A stretch of 32,000 nt of DNA from an uncultured Alphaproteobacteria bacterium. GTDB lineage: Bacteria > Pseudomonadota > Alphaproteobacteria > Rs-D84. The translations under genes were made by a program, and so were the position numbers. The notes beneath the pieces are model-generated. The model was not told the DNA's origin. It ran no database searches and saw nothing but the letters and a program-made list of their open reading frames with translations. Every line of letters begins with the position of its first letter. The first letter of the stretch is position 1. Below are positions 1 through 7,712 of the stretch, in pieces. The DNA lies in contig OZ007020.1 of assembly GCA_963931495.1 (NCBI GenBank), positions 1 to 32,000 on the forward strand, in the 5' to 3' direction.

Positions 1-1282
1 CAAAATGTCAATCAGTGATATAAAAAATAAATTTCCAAATTTTGACTGGGATGCATACTTGGCCGCACGTGGCGCCCAGGCCGCAACAGAAATAAACATC
101 AATCAACCCGAAGCCATTGCAGAATCAATCGCAATTATGAATGATACAGATATTAAACAAATTCGTGACTATCTGAAATATCGTGTTATTTGTTCTGCGG
201 ACGGACTGTTGGATGACACAACATACGACATTGCATTTGATTTTTATAATCGCACAATGGCCGGACAAATAGATAAAAAACCACGCTGGAAACGTGCGGT
301 TGCATTACTGGATGATTCACTGGGTGAAGAAATTGGTCGCATGTATGTTGAAAAATATTTTTCACCGGCCGCCAAAGAACGCATGCAAGAAATGGTAAAA
401 AATCTGCAACGTGCATTGGGAATGCGGATTGAAAAATTGGAATGGATGTCAGACGAAACAAAATCCAGCGCAATGAAAAAACTGAACTCATTCACGGCAA
501 AAATTGGGTATCCAGATAAATGGCGCGATTATTCCGAACTGAACATACGTGCAGATGAATCACTGTGGGAAAACATGGTGCGCGTATCACAATTTGAAGA
601 CGCGTTTTGGATTGCAAAAATTGGTCAACGCAAAGATTCAACAATCTGGTACATGAACGCCCATGAAATCAATGCGTACTATGACCCATCAACAAACGAG
701 ATTTGTTTCCCAGCGGGCATTTTACAATATCCTTTTTTTGATATGAATGCCGATGACGCGTTTAACTATGGCGCAATTGGGTCAATTATCGGACATGAAA
801 TGACGCATGGTTTTGATGATTCTGGGCGCCATTTTGATGCGGATGGAAATATGCGCGACTGGTGGACCGCCACAGATGCCGATAATTTTATTGCACGTGC
901 AAATGTAATGCGTGATTTCTTTAACAACATAGAAATTGCCCCCGGCGTACATGCAAACGGTGAATTCACATTGGGCGAAAACCTGGCTGATTATGGCGGA
1001 ATAACGGTTGCATATACGGCGTATAAAAATTTTGGTGTGCACACCGGCCGCGTCCAAGGATTGACAGACGACATGCGTTTCTTTATCGCCCAGGCCGGCG
1101 TGTGGGCGCAAAATATTCGTGATGCCGATGCGTTACGCCTGACCAAGACAGACGAACATTCTTTGGCCCGTTGGCGCGTTAATGGAATATTGCCGCACAT
1201 TGATGCGTGGTATGACGCGTTCAGTGTGACCGATACTGATAAACTGTATCTGGCCCCGGAAAAGCGCGTCAAATTGTGGTAA
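1..1282 (+). CDS. M13 family zinc metallopeptidase (neprilysin/PepO-like), C-terminal ~425 aa; 5' end lies upstream of the window
   Basis: The frame is open from the window edge. The translation contains HEMTHGFD (HExxH zinc site), GENLADYGG (ENxADxGG motif) and a C-terminal ...RVKLW, all typical of M13 peptidases. A terminator hairpin follows. Confidence 0.9.
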   Translation, partial: KMSISDIKNKFPNFDWDAYLAARGAQAATEININQPEAIAESIAIMNDTDIKQIRDYLKYRVICSADGLLDDTTYDIAFDFYNRTMAGQIDKKPRWKRAVALLDDSLGEEIGRMYVEKYFSPAAKERMQEMVKNLQRALGMRIEKLEWMSDETKSSAMKKLNSFTAKIGYPDKWRDYSELNIRADESLWENMVRVSQFEDAFWIAKIGQRKDSTIWYMNAHEINAYYDPSTNEICFPAGILQYPFFDMNADDAFNYGAIGSIIGHEMTHGFDDSGRHFDADGNMRDWWTATDADNFIARANVMRDFFNNIEIAPGVHANGEFTLGENLADYGGITVAYTAYKNFGVHTGRVQGLTDDMRFFIAQAGVWAQNIRDADALRLTKTDEHSLARWRVNGILPHIDAWYDAFSVTDTDKLYLAPEKRVKLW

Positions 1283-1285
1283 ATT

Positions 1286-1314
1286 AAAATCCTGTGGCGA
1301 CCACAGGATTTTTT
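1286..1314 (+). terminator. Rho-independent terminator after the M13 peptidase gene
   Basis: A 9-bp stem atcctgtgg/ccacaggat (1289-1297 / 1301-1309) with loop cga, followed by a T-run at 1310-1314. Confidence 0.7.
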
Positions 1315-1388
1315 ATGGGAATACCGTCGTATTGATATTTTGTGCATTTTTGATGAACCTGGGGATATAAAAACAAAGGACATAAAAA

Positions 1389-4097
1389 ATGCGCAAAATT
1401 ATCGTATCGTCTGTAATTGTAATATCCTGTATCATCCCGGCATTTGCCACAGATGCACCAGATTTTAATACTTTTTATGCGTTATATAAAACAGCATCCC
1501 AAGAAAATGATATAACCATCACAGGCGATATCGTATCCACACGGCTTATCAGTGCACCTGGGGCAACAACGACCCGCATAAATGGCGGTCAATTTGATTT
1601 CAATGGCAACAGTATGATTGGATTTATTTTGTCATCAGGTAATAATCTGGATATATCAAATGTCGGCACATTCACAACAGATGGCAATCAAGTCAATATC
1701 ACAAAATCTTTCAACACATTTTCTAATTCATCCGAAGGGGGTGTTATATCAAATCTGGGCGGGAATGTAACAATTAACAATTCAGCATTCAGTAATAATT
1801 CATCTGTACTGGGGGGCGGGGTTATTTATTTGAACAACAACGCAACTGTAACCGCAACGGACAGCGTATTCAGTAACAATCACGCAACGCGTGGCGATGG
1901 CGGCGTTATTTATAATGAATATGAAACCGTATCTACATTTAGCAATGCGCAATTTACATCAAATTCTGCCAGCGATATGGGCGGCGTCGCATTTAACGAC
2001 GGCGAAATAAACATCAATAATTCTGTTTTTACATCAAATACCGCGACCAGTGGCGGTGCATTATATAACTCTAATATCATCAACATAGATGGCGCGACAT
2101 TTACATCTAATACATCCGACGATATCGGTGGCGCAATCTATACCACCGGTACACTGAATTTAACCAACGCAACATTTGAAAACAACACCAGTGATACCGG
2201 CGGCGGCATTGGTAACTATGGCATCAGTGGCGATACACTGTATGCTGTTGTGCGCAATTCTGAATTTAATAACAACCGGGCAACATACGGTGGCGCAATC
2301 TATAACTGGGACGACATGTATGTCATAGACAGTAATTTTATCAATAATTCTGCCACAGACAGTGGCGGCGCAATAATGAACATGTATGAATTGTACTTGA
2401 TTGCAAATAACGATGATATGTTGTTTTCTGGCAATACATCAGGCGGAAAATCAAATGCAATTCAGTCCAGTGGAACAATCGGTATGAATGCTGCCGAAAA
2501 CCGTACAATAACATTTGATGACAATATTGCTGGTGATGGCGAAATAATTATTAATCGGCAATTTATTTTTAATGAATCAAATGTGCCGACCGGTGGGACA
2601 ATTGTATTAAATAATGATATGACCGGATTTACCGGGAACGTAACAATGTACAACGGAAACGTTAATGTTACAACAAACGGAAAATTTTTTCATGCAAATC
2701 GTCTGGATGTGATTGGCGGCACATTAAACCTGGGGACAACATCAGCAAATGTAACCAGTGCGAACTTTGCCACTGGGGCCACATTGGGAATAACAATCGC
2801 GAATGAAAATACGTATGGAAATTTAACGGCACGCGATTGGAATATTTCTGATGGTGCACGCATGAATGTTATTTTAGAACCGAATGCACTGGGCACAAAC
2901 AGCAGTATGCGCGTTCAAATACTGCGTGGCAATGCCGTCCAAGACAACTTTGTCCCAGACATAAATAATAACATATATTCATTCATCGGACTGGGGGATG
3001 GGTGGTACGAAATCGCACAGTACAGCGACTTTAACAATATTATACGAGAATATGGGGGTACAGCAAATAACCTGAATACCGCATCTGCGTGGCAAAATGA
3101 ACCAGATACCAACGGTATGGAACGCGTTATATACACGCGCATGAACGAACTGTTACAAACAAATGCAATTGAATATATACATGCGTTAACCGCACTGGCA
3201 CCGGTAACTGCACCAATTATGCAGATTATCGGGACAACACTGAATGACCGATTTGATTTACTGACCAACAATGTCGCAACACGCAACACCATCAAAGATT
3301 CATACAATGGCACATTGTGGATGTCTGGGTTCACAGGTGGTGGACAACTGGACGCAACGATGCACTATGCCGAATTTAATATCAACGGATATGGCGGTGC
3401 AATTGGTGCAGAATATCAAAATCATGATTTGACACTGGGGATTGCATATACATATCAAAACGATGATTTATCCAGTTGGTCGCGCACAATAAATGCCCCA
3501 ACGCATGGTGGCGGAATATATGCCACATACAATCATGGGGGAATTACATTGCGCGCCAAGGCAACAGGATTTTATTCAGATGCATCCGAAGTAAAACATG
3601 TCGCAGGATTAAATATATATAACGAAATCCCGTTATACACGTTTGGCGCATGGATGGATGCCGGATATTCTTTTGACACCAGTGGCATATCAATAACACC
3701 ACGTGCCGGGGCGCGTTACGTAAAAATACATCGTCAATCATCAACCGATACAGCAACCCAGTTAATATCATCTGGGAATATGGATTTTGTAACCGCATAT
3801 GGCGATATAACATTTCGCATAAAAAACATCAACATATTCGGAACGGCAATTATACCAGAATTCATTATCGGCACTGCATATGATTTACACGGTAATTCTG
3901 ACAATGTAAATGTTAAAATAAACGATACAGAATATAATATCACATCCGCCCAGTTGCCACGTTGGCAAACAAAAATTGGCGCGGTTGTCCGGGTATTATT
4001 TACACCAAACACTGAAATACAAATTGGATGCGATGGTGAATTTCGCGAAGGATATTATGATTATACCGTCGGCGCACGTGGAATATTAAAATTCTGA
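1389..4097 (+). CDS. Autotransporter outer-membrane protein with a Pmp-type (polymorphic membrane protein) repeat passenger domain
   Basis: 902 aa with signal peptide MRKIIVSSVIVISCIIPAFA. About 10 tandem units of FxxN-(x4-6)-GG[AVG][IVL] (e.g. FSNNSSVLGGGVIY, FTSNTATSGGALYN, FNNNRATYGGAIYN) span aa ~110-360. The C-terminal ~280 aa has beta-strand-like alternating aromatic/Gly sequence and ends ...GILKF (terminal Phe). Confidence 0.85.
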   Translation: MRKIIVSSVIVISCIIPAFATDAPDFNTFYALYKTASQENDITITGDIVSTRLISAPGATTTRINGGQFDFNGNSMIGFILSSGNNLDISNVGTFTTDGNQVNITKSFNTFSNSSEGGVISNLGGNVTINNSAFSNNSSVLGGGVIYLNNNATVTATDSVFSNNHATRGDGGVIYNEYETVSTFSNAQFTSNSASDMGGVAFNDGEININNSVFTSNTATSGGALYNSNIINIDGATFTSNTSDDIGGAIYTTGTLNLTNATFENNTSDTGGGIGNYGISGDTLYAVVRNSEFNNNRATYGGAIYNWDDMYVIDSNFINNSATDSGGAIMNMYELYLIANNDDMLFSGNTSGGKSNAIQSSGTIGMNAAENRTITFDDNIAGDGEIIINRQFIFNESNVPTGGTIVLNNDMTGFTGNVTMYNGNVNVTTNGKFFHANRLDVIGGTLNLGTTSANVTSANFATGATLGITIANENTYGNLTARDWNISDGARMNVILEPNALGTNSSMRVQILRGNAVQDNFVPDINNNIYSFIGLGDGWYEIAQYSDFNNIIREYGGTANNLNTASAWQNEPDTNGMERVIYTRMNELLQTNAIEYIHALTALAPVTAPIMQIIGTTLNDRFDLLTNNVATRNTIKDSYNGTLWMSGFTGGGQLDATMHYAEFNINGYGGAIGAEYQNHDLTLGIAYTYQNDDLSSWSRTINAPTHGGGIYATYNHGGITLRAKATGFYSDASEVKHVAGLNIYNEIPLYTFGAWMDAGYSFDTSGISITPRAGARYVKIHRQSSTDTATQLISSGNMDFVTAYGDITFRIKNINIFGTAIIPEFIIGTAYDLHGNSDNVNVKINDTEYNITSAQLPRWQTKIGAVVRVLFTPNTEIQIGCDGEFREGYYDYTVGARGILKF

Positions 4098-4103
4098 TAA
4101 AAA

Positions 4104-4129
4104 ATCACCACCAATTGCTTGGTGGTGAT
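4104..4129. terminator. Bidirectional terminator between the convergent autotransporter gene and the 4193-4528 gene
   Basis: A perfect 11-bp stem atcaccaccaa/ttggtggtgat with loop ttgc. An A-run lies upstream and TT downstream. Confidence 0.65.
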
Positions 4130-4192
4130 TTCTCCCCTCCTTCTGGTTACCCAGAAACTGTGGCACCCAATAACCGCGCAAAAGGGCGCACC

Positions 4193-4528
4193 TTATGCGG
4201 CACGGGCAACATGTTGCGTCACATTCGTATCGGCAACATCCATAATCTTTTTTGCTTCGGCAAATACCATTTCTTTGACACGCAGTGCCAAATCCTTGGT
4301 TTCCAATGATTCTGCGGCAACATCAAAATTATCTGTACGAATTTGCAAAGACACATATGCACCAACCAGTGACGGCCGCGATAAATCTTCAATAGAACGC
4401 GGGGCATTATTATGACCAATTTGCAATTCATCCGCCAATGATATAATTTGGCGATCTTCATTTACCCAAACAGTTGTTGTTAAAACTTTGTTTAATGCAA
4501 TCATTATTTCTTTGATAGACTTTGACAT
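4193..4528 (-). CDS. Hypothetical protein, 111 aa, family not recognised
   Basis: The ORF-track entry 4193..4609 was trimmed to the internal ATG (MSKSIKEIM...), which is preceded by AAGGAGGG about 10 nt upstream. Amino-acid composition is protein-like. No motif was recognised. Confidence 0.5.
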   Translation of the reverse strand: MSKSIKEIMIALNKVLTTTVWVNEDRQIISLADELQIGHNNAPRSIEDLSRPSLVGAYVSLQIRTDNFDVAAESLETKDLALRVKEMVFAEAKKIMDVADTNVTQHVARAA

Positions 4529-4633
4529 GGCGCGGTTCCCTCCTTTTCCGGGTGTTGATAAAAAAACTAAACAGATTCTTGTATGTACACGGGTATTTAC
4601 AAAAATCAACTTTTAATTTTTTATTGTTTTTTA

Positions 4634-4669
4634 TTTTTCCCAGATTTCCGGTTTTTCCCAGATTTCTGG
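4634..4669. repeat. Two tandem 18-nt direct repeats, TTTTTCCCAGATTTC[C/T]GG
   Basis: Copies at 4634-4651 and 4652-4669 differ at one position. The second copy contains the palindrome CCCAGA-TT-TCTGGG (4657-4670). Confidence 0.9.
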
Positions 4670-4790
4670 GGGTTATAAATCTTTTCTCCTTGTCTATACA
4701 AACATCTTAGAACAAAAACGAATCGCAGGTCAAGCATAAAATACAAATATTTTTATTTTACTTAAATTTTTTCTGATTTTACTTACAAAA

Positions 4791-4839
4791 CCATAAAATC
4801 CCATAAAATAACATTAAATTGTCATTGACAACCATAAAA
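4791..4839. promoter_or_regulatory. Three CCATAAAA boxes bracketing the mraZ promoter (candidate operator)
   Basis: CCATAAAA occurs at 4791-4798, 4801-4808 (10-nt phasing) and 4832-4839 (inside the promoter spacer). A further 10-nt repeat ATTTTACTTA occurs at 4755-4764 and 4776-4785. Confidence 0.35.
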
Positions 4840-4853
4840 CACCATGCTAAATT
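4825..4853 (+). promoter_or_regulatory. Sigma70-type promoter for mraZ
   Basis: TTGACA (4825-4830), a 17-nt spacer, then TAAATT (4848-4853) preceded by TGC (extended -10). It lies ~58 nt upstream of the mraZ ATG. Confidence 0.45.
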
Positions 4854-4910
4854 ACCCTTGAAGCCAAGGAAAGGGAAACGGCACGGATGCCACCAATATA
4901 AGAAGCGAAA

Positions 4911-5357
4911 ATGTCATTGTTTCTCTCATCTTATGAAAATCGTTTGGATACCAAGGGGCGGATATCTGTACCGGCCTCTTTCCGGGCTTCGGTTGCATCT
5001 GACAAGTTCGCCGGTGTTGTACTGTATCGGTCATTCACCCATAATTGCATAGAAGGTTTGTCCATGTCGCGCATGGAACAACTGGCAAACGCAACAGATA
5101 AAATGGGCGTGTTTGACAGTGAATTGGACGACTTGTCAGCGATGTTGTTTGCAGATGCGCGTCCATTGGCATTTGATGTGACGGGGCGCATTGTTATTCC
5201 ACCTGAATTATTAAAACACGCGGGAATTACCGATCGCGCGGTATTTGTTGGTCGCGGAACCAGTTTTCAAATCTGGAATCCAGATGCATTTCGCGCGGCC
5301 CAGGAAAAATCATTAAACAACCTGCGCGGGGCACGTCCAAATTTAATAATTTCATAA
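4911..5357 (+). CDS. mraZ: Transcriptional regulator MraZ
   Basis: 148 aa. The N-terminus MSLFLSSYENRLDTKGRISVPASFR matches the MraZ signature (xxDxKGRxxxPxxxR). A second half-repeat, DVTGRIVIPPELLKHAG, is present. No rsmH or fts genes follow. Confidence 0.85.
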   Translation: MSLFLSSYENRLDTKGRISVPASFRASVASDKFAGVVLYRSFTHNCIEGLSMSRMEQLANATDKMGVFDSELDDLSAMLFADARPLAFDVTGRIVIPPELLKHAGITDRAVFVGRGTSFQIWNPDAFRAAQEKSLNNLRGARPNLIIS

Positions 5358-5371
5358 AAATATGCAACGGC

Positions 5372-5400
5372 AAAAAAAACGTGGCATTTCGCCACGCTTT
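5372..5400. terminator. Terminator between convergent mraZ and the Cys-rich protein gene
   Basis: Stem cgtggc/gccacg (5380-5385 / 5391-5396). The A8 run upstream gives a U8 tail on the minus-strand transcript, and CTTT follows on the plus strand. Confidence 0.6.
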
Positions 5401-5402
5401 CA

Positions 5403-7517
5403 TTACTTATTGAATATACTTTGTATCCATCCCTCATAATCCATTGCTTCGCCGGCGTCAACCGTACCACCAACGCCATTTGTGCTGACACACGTCACTA
5501 TCATTGAATTACATGCACGAAGTGCCACGCCATTTATACCCTCTGTTCCGCCGGTTGTGGCATTATAACCGTTGCTGACCAGACATGATATAACATCGTC
5601 AATGCATCGTTCGGCATGATCGGCAAGAATCGTATCTTGCTGGGCCTTGATGGTTGTTAATGTACGCAACAAGTATTCTTTGATAACAACATTGTCCGGA
5701 TCATACGCACCGTCTGAACCAGTATATGTCAAATCTTGACACATATTTAATACAGACATGCACATACCAGAATTCTTGCCATCTTGATTAGTGCCAATTT
5801 TGTCCTTTAAGAATTTCACAATGTTTGTATCATCTTGGTCAATAAACTCTGACATATTGCCGGTCTTCCAGGCAGACTTGCCATCGTACAGCCAAGTTGC
5901 ATAAACGCCGGCTGATTTATCCATATCTTCACCGACCTGGCCCGGCGTACTGCCCACGACAACATCACCATTTACGATATACTTACCGGTTGGGTCCAGA
6001 CAGTATTCATACTTACGACCACATGCAAATTCGTCTTGCATACATGAATCCAGTTCGGTCACACATTCACGTAAATCATACGCATTCTTTTGTTCCGCAA
6101 CCATTAATCGCGCACGCTGCAGTAACGATGTCGCATTGCGAACCGTCGCAGACATCTGGTCGTTCGCATCCGTCAGTGACCGTTCATATGCAATACACGC
6201 CTTGTCTATTTCCAAATCATACGAATTCGTTATCACTGATATATCAACACCCTGGGATTGACAACTGTTCAATACAGACGCCTTGCAACGCGCAGCCGCC
6301 GTTTCATACAAATCTTCACCACGCTGGTTGCTGATACTGCTGGTGTCAACACCAGAATTACCAAACAAATTCGCTAAATCAAATCCAGAACTGTCCAAAG
6401 AAAAGTCCAACAGACCACTTAAATCAAAACTTAATCCACTGGATGCATTTGAACGCGCACGACCAGATTCAACATCTATTATCATGTCACGTATGGATTC
6501 CAGACTGTTCATGAATTGACTGTTATCCGTTGACCCAGATAATTCTGTTTCGGCCGCTGTTTCGGTAAACAGTGATTCAACCTGGTCCGCCGTCAGTCCA
6601 ATGTATTGAATTTGTTGCGCAACGTCTTGCAGACGTTCCGTGGCTTCTTTTAACGCTGCCTCAGTCTCGGCATAATTGCTTAAATTCGCACTGCAACTGC
6701 AACGACCCTGGTTGTCATCCAAAACATTACAGAAATTATCCATACATGCCGTATATTGCGCCTTGCAAAAATCGGTCAATTGCGCCAATTCATCCATAGA
6801 TGTTACAGATGACGTAGTGGTTGCCGCCGTCGTTGTGGTGGTTGCCGCACTGGACGTCGCGCGAATCGTTGGAACACGCGCACTGACTGTATTTGTACTG
6901 GCCACGCCAACACGACTGGTTACATATAATGGTTTATTAACTGTATCTGTTTGAACCAACGTGGCACGCGCCGTATTCGCATTATTATTCTGTGATGCGC
7001 GACGGGTTGTTACCCCCGGTGTTGTTGTTGCCGACGTCGTTGTCGCACGAACAGTTGTGGTTGGACGACTGGATACCGTATTTGTTGCCGTTGCACGCGA
7101 TGTACGTGACGACGCGTTCGCGGTTGCACCACGTGTTGTTGCCGCACGTGTTGCATTTACACGCGACACAGTTGTCGGTGTTGTCGCCGTACGAACCGTT
7201 ACATTGCGCGATGGCGTTGCATTATTACGTGTTGAAACATTACGCGATGACGTTGTGCCACCCGTGGCAACCGCACGCGACGCAGATGCGCGCCCCGATG
7301 TATTGCGCGGACTGGCCGTGGTGGGAACAACCGGCTGTTTTGCAACCGGGACCGTTGGTTGTTGCGTTTCATCCGCAACCGGTTCCGCAATTTCGGATTC
7401 CACCGGCATATCGTCAGAATACTGCATCAGCATATCTTGATAGAAATATTCTGGTGCAACCTCTGCAAATGCAGGTAAACTCAACACCCCAACAAGCACA
7501 GTGATAAAGCGTTTCAT
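5403..7517 (-). CDS. Secreted protein of unknown function: signal peptide, ~195-aa Thr/Arg/Ser/Ala-rich low-complexity region, then a ~460-aa Cys-rich domain
   Basis: The ORF-track entry was trimmed to MKRFITVLVGVLSLPAFA|EV (ATG at 7517, AGAGGG RBS upstream). 704 aa. Recurrent C-x6-7-C pairs run through the C-terminal domain. No family was recognised. Confidence 0.75.
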   Translation of the reverse strand: MKRFITVLVGVLSLPAFAEVAPEYFYQDMLMQYSDDMPVESEIAEPVADETQQPTVPVAKQPVVPTTASPRNTSGRASASRAVATGGTTSSRNVSTRNNATPSRNVTVRTATTPTTVSRVNATRAATTRGATANASSRTSRATATNTVSSRPTTTVRATTTSATTTPGVTTRRASQNNNANTARATLVQTDTVNKPLYVTSRVGVASTNTVSARVPTIRATSSAATTTTTAATTTSSVTSMDELAQLTDFCKAQYTACMDNFCNVLDDNQGRCSCSANLSNYAETEAALKEATERLQDVAQQIQYIGLTADQVESLFTETAAETELSGSTDNSQFMNSLESIRDMIIDVESGRARSNASSGLSFDLSGLLDFSLDSSGFDLANLFGNSGVDTSSISNQRGEDLYETAAARCKASVLNSCQSQGVDISVITNSYDLEIDKACIAYERSLTDANDQMSATVRNATSLLQRARLMVAEQKNAYDLRECVTELDSCMQDEFACGRKYEYCLDPTGKYIVNGDVVVGSTPGQVGEDMDKSAGVYATWLYDGKSAWKTGNMSEFIDQDDTNIVKFLKDKIGTNQDGKNSGMCMSVLNMCQDLTYTGSDGAYDPDNVVIKEYLLRTLTTIKAQQDTILADHAERCIDDVISCLVSNGYNATTGGTEGINGVALRACNSMIVTCVSTNGVGGTVDAGEAMDYEGWIQSIFNK

Positions 7518-7543
7518 TTGAAAAGTACCCTCTTTTATCAAAG

Positions 7544-7572
7544 ATTTTACCACATTATGCAAATTTATACAA
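7544..7572 (-). promoter_or_regulatory. Candidate promoter for the Cys-rich secreted protein gene
   Basis: Minus strand reads TTGTAT, a 17-nt spacer, then TAAAAT. The predicted TSS is ~20 nt upstream of the ATG. Confidence 0.35.
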
Positions 7573-7651
7573 ACAAAAAATACGTTATAAAACAAAAATT
7601 TATATATAGACGGGTGAATGAATTCCTGATTTATTAAAAAATTTAATGAAT

Positions 7652-7681
7652 TTGACATTTGCTGTAATTAACATATATAAT
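7652..7681 (+). promoter_or_regulatory. Candidate promoter for the phospholipase D-family gene
   Basis: TTGACA (7652-7657), an 18-nt spacer, then TATAAT (7676-7681). Confidence 0.45.
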
Positions 7682-7712
7682 ACACTGGATTAACGTAACA
7701 CCAGGTGACACA

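Noticed and set aside
4530-4910. The AT-rich 380-bp intergenic region as a replication origin
   Set aside because: No TTATCCACA-like DnaA boxes or TTAA-N7-TTAA CtrA sites were found by eye. The repeats there are better explained as promoter or operator elements.
6798-7385. Enrichment of N-x-S/T sequons (six in ~70 aa) as evidence for N-glycosylation
   Set aside because: The region is so rich in N, S and T that sequons are expected by composition. No glycosyltransferase gene is adjacent.
6961-7504. Two plus-strand ORFs (159 aa and 170 aa), Val/Arg/Ala-rich
   Set aside because: They are antisense images of the Thr/Arg/Ser-rich region of the 5403-7517 gene. Open frames on the opposite strand are expected from the biased codon composition there.
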